Shown: piece by piece, positions 21,415 to 32,558 of the stretch
Layout of the letters: each line of letters begins with the position of its first letter
Numbering within the stretch: the stretch's first letter is position 1
From: Bdellovibrionales bacterium
GTDB lineage: Bacteria > Bdellovibrionota > Bdellovibrionia > Bdellovibrionales > UBA1609
Direction: 5' to 3'
Assembly: GCA_965219095.1 (NCBI GenBank)
Contig: CBDCMT010000001.1
Span: forward strand, 256,001 to 320,000
Length of the DNA: 64,000 nt
The notes under the pieces: model-generated
Databases searched by the model: none
Seen by the model: the letters and a program-made list of their open reading frames with translations, nothing else
Told to the model about the DNA's origin: nothing
Made by a program: the position numbers and the translations under genes

Positions 21415-21644
21415 CTTTTTATCTTTTTCCTCCTACTTTGAAACAAAACAAAAGCCATAAGGGCTTCATATAGTCCCCCCGCAAGGGTTCATCTAAAATA
21501 ACCTATTAAAAAGCGACCCCTATCCCTATATAATGAGACGTAAAATGAAAAATTAGACTTGTACATTCCATTAAATTAGCTTATAGGATATTTATAGGGT
21601 GTATTTTATGCTTTTACAAAAGAAATAAGAAAGAGGAAAAGGCT

Positions 21645-22568
21645 ATGAACATCAACTTACAACAACTTGTAACCTTTTGTACTGTAATCAATGAAGGCAG
21701 TATGACAGCAGCTGCCAGCAAACTGTACCTTACACAGCCTGCTGTCAGCCAACAAATTAGAACTCTAGAAGAACATTTTGGAACTCCTCTCCTAGATAGA
21801 AGTTCAAAAAAAATAAAACCTTCCCTTCAAGGCCAGCTTCTTTTTGACTATGCTAAGAGAATTTTACAGATGACTCAAAAAGCTCAGATGGCGGTTCAAA
21901 CCATCTCCCAACGTATGTCAGGTCATTACAGCATTGCCACCACCAATTCAATCGGTCTTTTTATGCTTTCTCCTATAGTAGGACTCTTTCTCTTACACAA
22001 TGACCAATTACACCTACGTCTCAATTATGGACCACCTAATACCTGTATAGAAAAACTTAAAAATCAAAATGTAGATCTAGCCATCCTTCCTGATCTTTCT
22101 AAAGAATTCCCTGAAATTCACCTTCCTGGATATGGAAGCCAACTTATTATAAAAGATCACATGTGGCTAACATGTTCTGGAAAACTAACAGGCCTTCCTA
22201 AAGAGATCCAATTTTACGAATTAAATAAAAAACCCCTTGTTTTCTACTCAGAAGCCTACCCTTCATTTAAAAGACAGTTCATAAAACTTTACCAAAAACA
22301 TTCTCTAGAATTTAAACCTATTTTCGAATCTGACAATGTAGGTACTCTAAAAAGAGCCATAGAAGCAGGCTTGGGATGGGGTTTTTTGCCAAGCCACTCT
22401 GTAGAAAAACAAATCCGCTCAGGAAGACTTTTAAAACTTGATGTAAGTGACTTCAGCTATTCCATGGAATTAAAGCTTTATTACAAGGCCAATGAAAAAT
22501 GCCAAAAAATGGCTGAAATCTTCTATAGAGCTCTTACTCAAAAAGTTCAAAAATCTTTGATGGCTTAG
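21645..22568 (+). CDS. LysR-family transcriptional regulator
   Basis: N-terminal HTH GSMTAAASKLYLTQPAVSQQIRTLE; substrate-binding domain with AGLGWGFLP. Confidence 0.95.
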   Translation: MNINLQQLVTFCTVINEGSMTAAASKLYLTQPAVSQQIRTLEEHFGTPLLDRSSKKIKPSLQGQLLFDYAKRILQMTQKAQMAVQTISQRMSGHYSIATTNSIGLFMLSPIVGLFLLHNDQLHLRLNYGPPNTCIEKLKNQNVDLAILPDLSKEFPEIHLPGYGSQLIIKDHMWLTCSGKLTGLPKEIQFYELNKKPLVFYSEAYPSFKRQFIKLYQKHSLEFKPIFESDNVGTLKRAIEAGLGWGFLPSHSVEKQIRSGRLLKLDVSDFSYSMELKLYYKANEKCQKMAEIFYRALTQKVQKSLMA

Positions 22569-22571
22569 ATT

Positions 22572-24122
22572 TTAAAAGAACTCATCTATAGGTTTCATAG
22601 TTACGGATCCTATGGAGCGTAAATCGTCTTCTAAACTTTTCGGGCCATAGACAAAAACTTTAAGCTCTTTAGGGTGAAGGTATTTTCTAAACAATTCATT
22701 AAGCTGTCTAGCGTCAAAAGAATCAACATAATCTAAATATTTATAAAAAATCCTCTTATCTTCAAACCAACCTTCACCTGATTCAAGGTGCAAAACATTT
22801 TCAGCAAAAGCTCCTAAATTTTCTACTAAACTCAAGGCAAGAATTACAAACATACGATTTCTAGCAGATTGAAATTGATCCTCTGTAATTCCTTTTTTTC
22901 GTCCTTCCCTGAGAGTTTTAAGAACTTCAGTGATCATAGATTTTACGTTCTTTTCCTTATTTGCTGTATATGTCACAATAGAAAAGTCAGAAGAAATGTG
23001 CCTAGAAAAAAGCATACGAGAACCAATATGATAAGTAAGCCCCATGACTTCTCTAATTTGACCCATTAAAAGAGAATCACCTCCCGACAAGTACCTGTTA
23101 AGTAAAGAAAGTCCAACCTTATCTCTGTCAGAAGGCTCATCTTTGAGTTCCCAAAGTCTATGAGAAAAAGTAAAATAACTTTGTACTAAGGATTTATCAC
23201 CATAAATAAAGAAAATCTTAGGCTTTATATTCTCTGTACTTTCTGTTCTAAAAGTTTGAAGAGACCTTCTAGAAACTTTCTTCGCTATTTTTAATTTATT
23301 TTTCTGAATAGCTTTGTACTTCACTATCTTTGAATAGTTTTCTACCATACTCTTTAAAGAAACATCTATCACTTCCAATAAACCATCTTTAGAATGAGGG
23401 CTTATTAAACTCAAAGAAAGCTTATTTAAAGTGATGTTTTTTAAATGGAAGTTTTTTAAACTTTTTAAGGTTATATTTTTGATATCATTTTTCTGTCCCA
23501 TAGGTAAATGAGCGTATTGAGGATAATCTTCTCCATAATACCAAGCATTCCAAGCTATATCTTTTGCTGAACTAGGATCTTTTCTTTTCCCACTCAAAGC
23601 TTCGAGAAGACGTGCTTTTTCTCTATCAAAAACTTCTTTTGAAAAATGTGGATTGATGAGAGGACTCAAACACAAACGAAGTGCTTCTAATTCAAAGACG
23701 GAAATAGTAGAACAAGAGAAGCTAATGGTGGTCTTATCTACAGAAACAGACAAACTCATACCCAACTCTTGTTTTTTTTCTTCAAAGGCTAAATCCACAG
23801 CCTCTTTTGAACCTGTATTTAACATCTTCGTAAGCAAATAACTCATACCCTTTTGATGAGGAGGATCATCCTTTGAGCCTATTTTTATAAGACCGAACAT
23901 TTGAAAATAAGAAAGTTTTTTTTCTTTGAAATAAAGAACCTTGACTTGATCCATCACAAAGCTTACTTCGTAAGGAGGAAGAATCAGTAATGGCTCAGAC
24001 CTTTCTGTACCAGATTTTTCTTTTTGATGAGATTTACTTTTCAAAAAACTATCTTCTGTTTTTTTATTTGAAGTACAACTTAAAAAAATAAAAAAAGCTA
24101 AAAAAACTACAAACCATTTCAT
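22572..24122 (-). CDS. M16 peptidase family, non-catalytic subunit; probable lipoprotein
   Basis: M16-like signatures (GSKDDP..KG..YL..KML, IRE..GLTY) but no HXXEH; lipobox-like FLSC. Confidence 0.8.
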   Translation of the reverse strand: MKWFVVFLAFFIFLSCTSNKKTEDSFLKSKSHQKEKSGTERSEPLLILPPYEVSFVMDQVKVLYFKEKKLSYFQMFGLIKIGSKDDPPHQKGMSYLLTKMLNTGSKEAVDLAFEEKKQELGMSLSVSVDKTTISFSCSTISVFELEALRLCLSPLINPHFSKEVFDREKARLLEALSGKRKDPSSAKDIAWNAWYYGEDYPQYAHLPMGQKNDIKNITLKSLKNFHLKNITLNKLSLSLISPHSKDGLLEVIDVSLKSMVENYSKIVKYKAIQKNKLKIAKKVSRRSLQTFRTESTENIKPKIFFIYGDKSLVQSYFTFSHRLWELKDEPSDRDKVGLSLLNRYLSGGDSLLMGQIREVMGLTYHIGSRMLFSRHISSDFSIVTYTANKEKNVKSMITEVLKTLREGRKKGITEDQFQSARNRMFVILALSLVENLGAFAENVLHLESGEGWFEDKRIFYKYLDYVDSFDARQLNELFRKYLHPKELKVFVYGPKSLEDDLRSIGSVTMKPIDEFF

Positions 24123-24137
24123 AACAACTCTCCTTTC

Positions 24138-25526
24138 TTATAGTGCTTTATCATCATGAGGCAGAAAGACAGCCACTGATTGTCTTGGTTTTTTTAAATA
24201 CTTTTTGCTGACTTCAAGAATTTGCTCTTTTGTGACAGCCTGCCACTGATTTTCTATTTCAAAGGGTTTTTTATAATCTCCATACAAAGTCTCATAACTA
24301 CCAAACATTTTAGCGATATCACTTACAACTTGAAAAGAACTAATAAAATTTCTATAAGACTTAATTTTTAAGTTTCTTAATTGTTTATCATCAATTCCCT
24401 TTTTTTGAAAGATTTCGATCTCACGATCAACTAACTCTATAGCTCTCTCATAAGACTCCCCTTTTTTAAGAGCCACATTCACCAAAAAAACTCCTGCTTT
24501 TTGATATTCTAAAACCACTACATCGACTGACAAAGCTGTTTTTTCTTTTCTAACCAGAACATCATAGAGAAGTTTTTTACCACCTAGAATCATAGATAAA
24601 AGCCCTAAGGCTGGGGAATCTTTGTGATTGATTTCGTATATAGGGTAAGATATTTGAATCATAGGATAGGGTGCCTTAATGTGATGTTTCACACGAAGAG
24701 GATCACCTTTTATCTTATAATCTTTTAAATCATAACTTGAACCTGTTCGATAATCTGTTATTTTTTTTATTTTTGACTCATCATTTTTAATTACACCATA
24801 GTATTTTTGAATCCACGATTTCACCTCAGCCTTCTCAAAATGACCTGCTATAACAAGTACAGAATTATAAGGGTAATAGTATTCATCATAAAAACCTTTC
24901 ACATCATCTTTATTAAGACCTGCAATCTCTGACTGCGTCCCAATCAAGGTCCAGGAATAAGGAAGGTACAGAGTTTGAAACGCAGTCTCTCTACAAAACT
25001 CAAAAAAAGCTCCTTTTATATTATCATCTCTTCTTAACTTTCTTTCTGATTTAATTGCATTTTTTTCTAATTCAAAAATCTCTTTACGAAAATTAGCATG
25101 CCTCATACGATCAGCTTCTATTCTTAAAGCATCCTCTAAAAAATATTTAGGCAACAAAACATAATAATTAGTGCGATCAAAACCTGTTGTAGCATTTGCT
25201 ATAGCTCCCCATTTTTTGGAATAAAACTTATAAGGCTCATGTTTTTCTGTTCCACGAAACAACAAATGCTCTAAAAAGTGAGCTAAGCCTGTTTTACCTT
25301 TTTTTTCCTGACGTGCTCCTGCTCTATACCACTGATAAAGTATGGCAATAGGAATAGATTTATCTTGATAAAGAAGAACCGTCATTCCATTAGAAAGCTT
25401 GTATTTTTCCACTTTAAAGGCCTTAGGATCTAATTGAGGAAACCTCAAATCCTTAGAAAAAGCTTGTGTATTAAGTAAAATAAACCCTAAAACATATAAC
25501 AATAAGTATTTACAATTCGTTTTCAT
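24138..25526 (-). CDS. M16 (pitrilysin/insulinase) zinc peptidase, catalytic subunit
   Basis: LSNGM, GLAHFLEHLLFRGT (HXXEH), NATT.FDRTNY; signal peptide. Confidence 0.92.
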   Translation of the reverse strand: MKTNCKYLLLYVLGFILLNTQAFSKDLRFPQLDPKAFKVEKYKLSNGMTVLLYQDKSIPIAILYQWYRAGARQEKKGKTGLAHFLEHLLFRGTEKHEPYKFYSKKWGAIANATTGFDRTNYYVLLPKYFLEDALRIEADRMRHANFRKEIFELEKNAIKSERKLRRDDNIKGAFFEFCRETAFQTLYLPYSWTLIGTQSEIAGLNKDDVKGFYDEYYYPYNSVLVIAGHFEKAEVKSWIQKYYGVIKNDESKIKKITDYRTGSSYDLKDYKIKGDPLRVKHHIKAPYPMIQISYPIYEINHKDSPALGLLSMILGGKKLLYDVLVRKEKTALSVDVVVLEYQKAGVFLVNVALKKGESYERAIELVDREIEIFQKKGIDDKQLRNLKIKSYRNFISSFQVVSDIAKMFGSYETLYGDYKKPFEIENQWQAVTKEQILEVSKKYLKKPRQSVAVFLPHDDKAL

Positions 25527-25541
25527 AATCTGAAACCCCTT

Positions 25542-26267
25542 TTAGTGAAAGTGTGTTTTTTTTGGTTTTTCATTATCTACCACAATTTTAAAGGATTTTT
25601 TTGATTTTTTAAAGCACTTTAGAGAAAATAAACCCCTTAGCCGAGGAAGTATATAGAAATAAAAAAAGGCTGACAAAATACCTCCTAGATGGGCGGCATA
25701 AGCAACTTGAGAACGATTTCCGCTTTCAATCAACATAACTAACTCAATCCCTGTTAAAAGAAGAGCAAAATGCCAGGCTCTCATAGGAAAAATCATCATA
25801 AAATATACCGTCTGGTTCCTAAAGATAAAGCCAAACGCTATAATAAGACCAAAAATAGCTCCACTAGCCCCTATCAATGGCCTGAAAAAAGAGTCCGTAT
25901 TGTTTGTAAGCAAATAATAACCAAGTACATAAAGAAAATAAAGCACCGAAGCTCCTAAAGCACAGAAGAGGTAGTAGGTAAGAAACTTTCTTGATCCCCA
26001 AAAACCCTCCAGTTGCACTCCAAACATCCAAAGACAAAACATATTAAATAAAATATGAAGCACATCAGGAGAATGTAAAAAGCTATAAGTTATAAATTGC
26101 CATATAGCTGAATAGCTCAAAACAACTGAGGGGGAAAAGCCAAACCACTTAAAAATAAAGGGGCTTAAGCTTTTTCCTATTAAGACAAAAACAAACCAAA
26201 TGACAACATTGATTAAAATTAATTTCTGAACCACAGGTGTGATAGTAGAAGCTCCAAAAGCTCTCAT
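25542..26267 (-). CDS. Rhomboid intramembrane serine protease
   Basis: WQFITYSFLH, HILFNM, GASGA, AHLGG. Confidence 0.93.
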   Translation of the reverse strand: MRAFGASTITPVVQKLILINVVIWFVFVLIGKSLSPFIFKWFGFSPSVVLSYSAIWQFITYSFLHSPDVLHILFNMFCLWMFGVQLEGFWGSRKFLTYYLFCALGASVLYFLYVLGYYLLTNNTDSFFRPLIGASGAIFGLIIAFGFIFRNQTVYFMMIFPMRAWHFALLLTGIELVMLIESGNRSQVAYAAHLGGILSAFFYFYILPRLRGLFSLKCFKKSKKSFKIVVDNEKPKKTHFH

Positions 26268-27238
26268 AAAACTCCAGGCATAAGATAAAGTGGAACAGCT
26301 GTGATATGATTTTTACGAAAGGAAAATTTATTTTCAATTTTTTTCAGCCATTGAGACAGAGAGCTTAGCCCCTCAGAAGACTCAAAAAACTCCCAAAAAA
26401 CTTCTTTTTTCAATTTAGGCTCAAACAAAGAAGGCTCCTTACCCAATTTAGAAAGTTTTCCAATCAACTTTACTCCATCTGTATAGGTTCCCAACTTATC
26501 AATCAAACCATACTTTAAAGCTTTTTCACCTATAAAAATACTTCCATCAGAAAATGTTTTTACAGTCTTCAAAGACATCTTCCTGCCCTCTGCAATATGA
26601 TTTTGAAATTGCTCAAGACTTTGATCTAAAAGATCTTGAAAAAAAGCTTTTTCTTCATCAGTCATAGGTCTATAGTCTGCTCCTGAATCCTTAAACTTAC
26701 CTGTAGTGATGCTATATCTTTTAATTTTAGCCCAAGTGTAAAGCTTCTCTAAATTAGTAAAAGAAGCTATCACCCCTATAGAGCCTAATAAAGCACCTGG
26801 TGTGGCCACAATTTGACTCGCACCCATAGCAGTATAAAAAGCTCCGCTCGCAGCTAAATTTTGAACAAAAACCACAATAGGTTTTTTAAGTTCATCTCGA
26901 ATTCTTTTTAACTCCAAATAAATCTCCTGACTGGTTCCCACCACCCCTCCAGGAGAGTTAATCTCTATAAAAACTCCTTTGATTTTCTTATTTTTAGAGT
27001 ATTTTCTTAAACTCTCCAAAAAAAACTCATTCTTATAAATAAAGCCATTTAACTTTAAATGCAAAATGCGATCTTTGTTAAACGAACCTTTGTTGGAACG
27101 AAAGGAAGGAGCTATAGATGACCCTACCATTTTAAAGGTTGCCGAACTTACAATAAAAATAAAAATGAAAAACAAAATCATACCAATATAAAAAACAACT
27201 CCCCCTGAAATCAAAAACATCTTAAAAAAACCTTTCAT
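26264..27238 (-). CDS. sppA: Signal peptide peptidase SppA (S49)
   Basis: INSPGG, AASG.FY.A, GSIGV, G.FKD, GLID.LG. Confidence 0.93.
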   Translation of the reverse strand: MKGFFKMFLISGGVVFYIGMILFFIFIFIVSSATFKMVGSSIAPSFRSNKGSFNKDRILHLKLNGFIYKNEFFLESLRKYSKNKKIKGVFIEINSPGGVVGTSQEIYLELKRIRDELKKPIVVFVQNLAASGAFYTAMGASQIVATPGALLGSIGVIASFTNLEKLYTWAKIKRYSITTGKFKDSGADYRPMTDEEKAFFQDLLDQSLEQFQNHIAEGRKMSLKTVKTFSDGSIFIGEKALKYGLIDKLGTYTDGVKLIGKLSKLGKEPSLFEPKLKKEVFWEFFESSEGLSSLSQWLKKIENKFSFRKNHITAVPLYLMPGVL

Positions 27239-27440
27239 AACACCCCTTTAGTACTTCTTTCATGAAATTATATGATTCTTGTTTTTCAAATTCAAAAATA
27301 ACGAAAAAAATTCTTCTTGTCACCTAAGAAAGCTCTCGTGTTTCTAAAATAAAATGTTGTTTTAAGAAAACTGGACTATAGTCTACCCTATTTGAAATCT
27401 GAGGCTTTGTTTTTTTTTAGAACGGATAATCTTTTTTTTA

Positions 27441-28752
27441 AACTCTTTGACATTACAAAAACTATGTCAGATTAAATTGCAATTATACCATTTCCAAAAA
27501 TTAATTCGACATTTTTTTAACGCATAGAGTCATGGCTTTTTAATCAAACTCTGTTAAATTTTTAGAGTGTCAAGTCCTGGTTACAGTCTTTTGTAGACTT
27601 TGATTACGAGGGATTGATAGATCGAGAAGGCAGAGGAGGCAAGCCTCGTTTGCCAGTGACAGAAGAAGAGAACTTCAAAATCAAGTTAGATGAAATTCAA
27701 GACAAAAGAGAAGGAGGAAGCATAGGAGCAAAGGGAATACAGGAACTTTTAGCAGATGAATTGTGATAGTTGCTATTCTCTTTTTGGGGTTTATGTTCTT
27801 TTAGATCGCCTTAATATTGTATGGATCAGTGATTGCTGTTAAGAAACCGACTTACGTTATGGTTCCTCCAGGGTGTATAGGGAATTAAAGCGTTGCGGAG
27901 TGAGTGCTGGAGAAAACAAAGTAGCTCGAATTATGAAACTAAAGAATCTCAGTGCCCGTCAGAAAAAATCCTATGTTCCTAGAACAACAAAGAATAACCC
28001 TCTCATGATTAAGTCTCCTCGGTTGTTTAAGACAGGACAGAGCCAAGCAGGAAAAGAAAACCAGGTATGGTGTTCGGATTTAACCTATATTCCTTTTAGA
28101 GATAAATTTCTGTATTTGGTTGTATTTTTAGATGTCTATAGTGCTTCCGCTTAGGTTTTCCGTTTTTTTTTGAGTTGAGGTCTAGTTTTTATTCTAAGGC
28201 CTTGATAAAAAGTCATTTATTTTTAAAAATAGTTTCATATGTCAGGGTTTCTATCAAAAAAAGAGCGAAAAGATTTACTCTATGAACTATCTCTAGAGAA
28301 AAATCTTAAATACGCAAAAAGGATTATGACAATTCTCCATTTAGATAAAGTGATCTTCCCCCAAAAAAGTGGACAGTTTTTATGTTCTTAAAGTGTAATA
28401 GTCGCAACTTAATCTGACACGTCTCGAAATGTCAAAGAGATGAAAAGAAAAGGCATAAAAGTTAAGAAGAAAGTAGCACGTTTTATTTTTGAAAAAAGCT
28501 AATCAAAGCCCTTATAGTAAGAAGGTAAAACCAAAAGACCTTGTTAAAAAATCCATCTCTCTTATCATTGATGAACACCTTTTTGAACTAAAAAACGCAA
28601 CACTTTCAAATCATTTCTTTCCTCTCAAACCTATGAAAAACTTAAGTTCAAACTTTTTAAATTCTCTAAAAAACTAAAATAAGTTTATAGAGGCCTTAGA
28701 ATAAAAACTAGACCTTAACTCAAAAAAACGGGAAATTTAAACGGAAGCACTA
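27441..28752. mobile_element. Cluster of nested IS relics
   Basis: IS481 left end (27441-27485, -); IS630-A left end with internal deletion (27486-27830); IS66-type GTAAGTCGG end (27835-27855); IS3 orfB fragment (27856-28138, ..QVWCSDLTYI..LYLVVFLDVY); IS630-B left end (28139-28350); IS3 TIR (28351-28393); IS481 left end (28394-~28450); IS630-B-like end on - strand ending 28752. Confidence 0.8.
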
Positions 28753-28754
28753 TA

Positions 28755-28825
28755 TAGTGAATACGCTTAGATTTTCCTGTCGATCTCTTTAAAGAAAAAA
28801 CCTGAAAATCTAAACGAAAGCACTA
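28755..28825. mobile_element. ~70-bp MITE with IS630-B-type ends
   Basis: TAGTGAATACGCTTAGATT...AATCTAAACGAAAGCACTA with TA flanks; inverted second copy at 34187-34255. Confidence 0.8.
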
Positions 28826-28849
28826 TATACGCATATCAATAACTCATAT

Positions 28850-30493
28850 TTACTGTACAGAATAAACTAAACGATCAATATGAAAATCATAAACTTTAGC
28901 TTTGGGCTCTTCATCACTATTCTTAAAAGGGGTATATTCAATTCTTAAACTTTGAGCTTTATCTCCATCAGATATAAACACTCGATCAGCCTTTCCTCCT
29001 ACTATAGTTTCTACTAAAGAACCCACCTGATCTTTCTCTGAAGTTAGAGCAAAAATTTTGATCTTATCTTTAACAGCAAGATTGAGCTTTGAAAACTGAA
29101 CTGCCAATCTTATAGCTCCCTCTGGAGCTTTTATAAAAAAGTTAACGGGTGTCTTTGCTTTAAACTCTTTAGGTCTTGAAATGCTCACCTCCTTCATTTG
29201 CAACCAAAAACGAGAATCATTAGGATCAATAGGATTAAGGTCATTTTTCAAAGCTCTAGAAAGATTTATTAGACCATTAGAAATAGATAAATTTTTTAAC
29301 TTAGGATTATGATCTGAACTCCAAATAAGACGCTTTTTTATTTCTTTATAATTTAAATTAGGTTGATTTGACAAAAGAAGTGCTGCGGCACCTGCTACAT
29401 GGGGTGTAGCCATAGAAGTTCCGCTAAAAGATTTGTATTTACCTTTTAAAACAGTGCTAACCACTTTATGTCCTGGAGCAAAAACATGGACCGTTCTTTT
29501 ACCTGAATTAGAAAAAGAAGCTCTTTTTCCTTGAGAGGTCATAGCCCCAACAGATATCACATTATCTAGATTATAGTTCGCAGGATACAGACTTTTTCTA
29601 TCGCTATTTGAATTGTTGTTTCCTGCAGCCGCAATAAATAAAATCTCTTTTTTACGAGCTTTTTCAATGGCTTTTTCTAAAGCTCGGCTATAACTTGCTC
29701 CACCCCAAGAGTTTGAAAGAACATTAGCTCCCATTTTCACAGCATAATCAATGGACTTAATACCATTAGATAAATCTCCTCTGCCGAATCTGCTTATAAA
29801 CTTTACTGCCATCAAAGACACATCCCAGTTCACCCCTACAACACCGATTTCATTGTTGCCTTTAGCTCCAATGGTCCCAGCACAATGTGTGCCGTGACTA
29901 TGATCATCTAGGCCGTTGACTTTTTTATTCACAAAGTCCCATCCATGTACATCATCTACATAGCCATTTCCATCATCATCAATTTCGTTTTCAGGAATTT
30001 CTCCTTCATTCACCCACATGTTATCTTTCAAATCAGGGTGTGTGTAATCAATGCCCGTATCAATAACCGCTACAACAACATCCTTGCTCCCTGTTATATT
30101 TTTTTTCCAAACCTCTTTCACACCTATATCTATACCAGAGTACTCTTTGTTCTCAAGACCCCAAAGTTTACTTAACATAGGATCATTAGATAGGGGCTGA
30201 TCTTCTTCTCCCACAACATGGACTACTTGGTCCTTTTCTATAGCTTCAATTAAATCATCCTCAAGTAAAGTTAACTGTAAAGCACTTAAATCTTCATCGC
30301 TGTAAATAAGAAAAGTATCATCAGACAACCTCTCTATATTGGGTGCAGGAATTTGAAATAAAGAACTGAAATTAGAATCTGAAACACTCTCCTTTAAGGT
30401 AATGATGTACTGACCTTCTATGTATTTAGGCTCTGAGGCAGAGATGTCATATCCTAAAAAAATGACAGCCAAGAGCAAAATTATTTTTTTCAT
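28850..30493 (-). CDS. Secreted S8 subtilisin-like serine protease
   Basis: Signal peptide; VAVIDTG, HGTHCAG, AAAGN, GTSMATPHVAG triad; C-terminal beta (CUB-like) extension. Confidence 0.95.
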   Translation of the reverse strand: MKKIILLLAVIFLGYDISASEPKYIEGQYIITLKESVSDSNFSSLFQIPAPNIERLSDDTFLIYSDEDLSALQLTLLEDDLIEAIEKDQVVHVVGEEDQPLSNDPMLSKLWGLENKEYSGIDIGVKEVWKKNITGSKDVVVAVIDTGIDYTHPDLKDNMWVNEGEIPENEIDDDGNGYVDDVHGWDFVNKKVNGLDDHSHGTHCAGTIGAKGNNEIGVVGVNWDVSLMAVKFISRFGRGDLSNGIKSIDYAVKMGANVLSNSWGGASYSRALEKAIEKARKKEILFIAAAGNNNSNSDRKSLYPANYNLDNVISVGAMTSQGKRASFSNSGKRTVHVFAPGHKVVSTVLKGKYKSFSGTSMATPHVAGAAALLLSNQPNLNYKEIKKRLIWSSDHNPKLKNLSISNGLINLSRALKNDLNPIDPNDSRFWLQMKEVSISRPKEFKAKTPVNFFIKAPEGAIRLAVQFSKLNLAVKDKIKIFALTSEKDQVGSLVETIVGGKADRVFISDGDKAQSLRIEYTPFKNSDEEPKAKVYDFHIDRLVYSVQ

Positions 30494-30861
30494 AAAACCC
30501 TCCTTAGTTTTTTGTTTTTACTTACATAACATCATTGTATGAAAAAAAAATGGAAATATTTATATCTTTACCAAACCAAGAAAAAAATCTAGAAATTAGT
30601 TCAGTCTACCTATACTTTCAAATGGATTTTTTAATACTCAAGTCTTAAGACTTTAATACAAGGTGAAATGTTATTTTATACTTACTATTACTTTTCTTTA
30701 TCCTGAGTTTGACAGCAGTACATGGTTAAGTCGGTTATCTGACCGCCCTTGACTCCTACGAGGGGTATATTTCTTAGATTTTAAAGGAGAAGTTTTTATT
30801 GATCTTGTTGTAAAACAAGCCTGTAAAACATTTCTCTAAGGCCTTCCCCGTTACAAAAATA

Positions 30862-32383
30862 GCCTCCTCAAAAGAATCTGTGGGTTCCCGGAGGTTCTGG
30901 CAGTTTTCCAAGGTTATGATATAAGGCGATTTTTATAGCTTTAGAGGTTCTAAAGCCGTAAGATTTTCTCATAGTGAGTTTTACTTTGTTGTTTAAACCC
31001 TCTACAATCCCTGAGGAGAAGGTTTTTTTAGCCTTGAAGTAATTAAGAATAAGTAGCTTATGTCTTCGTATGGTTTTTGCTTCTCTTTTCATAGGTTCAA
31101 TTTTTGAAAGCATGACTCGTTTCGTCCAACTGTCTATAAATTTACCAGCCCAAGTTGGTGAAACATAGGTCCATAACTGTCGGAAGTCTTCTTTTAAAAA
31201 ATAACAGCGGATACTTTTTAAATTGTACTGTATTAAATGCCTTAATTTTACTTTTTCATAAGATTTTAAATTTTCTGCATTTTTTAACAAGGGCCATCTA
31301 GCTTTTGTTAAAAGGGGTTCATACCCGTCTTCTTTCATTTTTTTGTGTTCTGAAGCTCTCACTTCGTCTAAAGCCTTATTGAGTCTTGCTACGATATGAA
31401 ACCGATCTAATATGTGTAAAGCTCCACTTGCCCTCTCCTTTATGACTTTTAAATAAGGCTTCCACATATCAGAACACACAAACCGTATATCTTTTGACTT
31501 CTCTCCTAGTAAATCAAAGAATTTTCTAAAACTCTTTTCTGTTCTTTTTTCTCCTATCCATAGCAAACGAACACTTTCTTTGCTTATTTCATAGACTAAG
31601 GTGAGATACTGATGGTTCTTTTTCCATTGTATTTCATCTACACCTATAGCTTGTATTCCCTTTAAAACCCTTTGTTTTAAACCATATTCTACGACCCATT
31701 CTACCGAAGCATAGACCTGATTCCAACTGACATGAAACTTACAAGAAACCTCTTTCCAAGACAGGTGACGACACCAGTCTGCTAAATACTTCATGTAAAA
31801 AATTGTTAGGTTTTTCTTCCCATCTGCCCAAGGTAAATACTCAACTTTTACTCCACAGCAAGAACAATTAACTCTTCTTACAAAATAAACAAAAAACACC
31901 CTGTAACTTAAAATAGGAAGGGATTCAAAGTCCCGTGATGATTTACTGCTGTCATACACTGAACAGGGCTTCTTACAAACACTACAAAAAGCTTGGCCAT
32001 TTTTACGAGCCTTAATAGGAACATTAATTGACTTTCTATCTTTTGAAAAATAAATGTCTTCGTACACAAAAGACTTCCATCTTAAACAATCATTTAGTAT
32101 AGTCTTCAAAAGCATCTCTTCCCTCCTTTTTTTTTTTTTTTGAATAACATTTTAAGGCATCTGGGAAGTAGGTGCTTCTTTTTTAAAATTTTAATGTAAC
32201 ACAGCAAATAAAAGCAAATAAAATGAATGTTTTTGAGTTCAATCACCGGAGGTGATAGAGGCCAGTAAGAGCCTCAAAGAACTCAAAAATACAAGATAGG
32301 ATGTCTTAACTCTTGCTTTGATTAATATGAGCCTTTTTGGGGGATTTCTACTACTTTTCACCCACAGATTCCCGGGAGGAGCC
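30862..32383 (-). mobile_element. ISL3-family element, intact (1522 bp)
   Basis: Imperfect TIRs GGCTCCTCCCGGGAATCTGTGGGT / GCCTCCTCAAAAGAATCTGTGGGT; 8-bp target duplication CAAAAATA (30854-61, 32384-91). Confidence 0.95.
30868..32115 (-). CDS. ISL3 transposase, 415 aa
   Basis: Zn finger CSVC/CSCC, IGVDE, CSDMWKPY, DRFH, SSGIVEGLNNKVK...YGFR. Confidence 0.95.
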   Translation of the reverse strand: MLLKTILNDCLRWKSFVYEDIYFSKDRKSINVPIKARKNGQAFCSVCKKPCSVYDSSKSSRDFESLPILSYRVFFVYFVRRVNCSCCGVKVEYLPWADGKKNLTIFYMKYLADWCRHLSWKEVSCKFHVSWNQVYASVEWVVEYGLKQRVLKGIQAIGVDEIQWKKNHQYLTLVYEISKESVRLLWIGEKRTEKSFRKFFDLLGEKSKDIRFVCSDMWKPYLKVIKERASGALHILDRFHIVARLNKALDEVRASEHKKMKEDGYEPLLTKARWPLLKNAENLKSYEKVKLRHLIQYNLKSIRCYFLKEDFRQLWTYVSPTWAGKFIDSWTKRVMLSKIEPMKREAKTIRRHKLLILNYFKAKKTFSSGIVEGLNNKVKLTMRKSYGFRTSKAIKIALYHNLGKLPEPPGTHRFF

Positions 32384-32558
32384 CAAAAATATAGAGAAGT
32401 TCTTCTAGAATAATTCTTAGTTTTTTTTCGTATTTTGATTTTCTTTGTGCTTTATTCTTTTAAGAACGAAGCTCACTTGTATACTCAAGAGGCGTTTTAA
32501 TAGGTGTTTTATTGAGGGAGTTTCCCACAGCCATTAAAATATAGTCCTTAGGATTTAA

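Larger units (their letters stand above)
30725..32558 (-). mobile_element. Probable IS66 3'-end relic into which ISL3 inserted
   Basis: TAAGTCGGTTATCTGACCGCC end (also 49340-49367 and 56665); minus-strand 'LNPKDYILM' near 32550 resembles an IS66 TnpC C-terminus; IS1634-like TIR stub CCTGAGTTTGAC at 30702. Confidence 0.4.

Noticed and set aside
17304..27381. CTATAGTCCAG at 17304 and its inverse at ~27371 as ends of a 10-kb transposon
   Set aside because: Only about 11 bp match, no target duplication, and the cargo is housekeeping genes; more likely separate relics or chance
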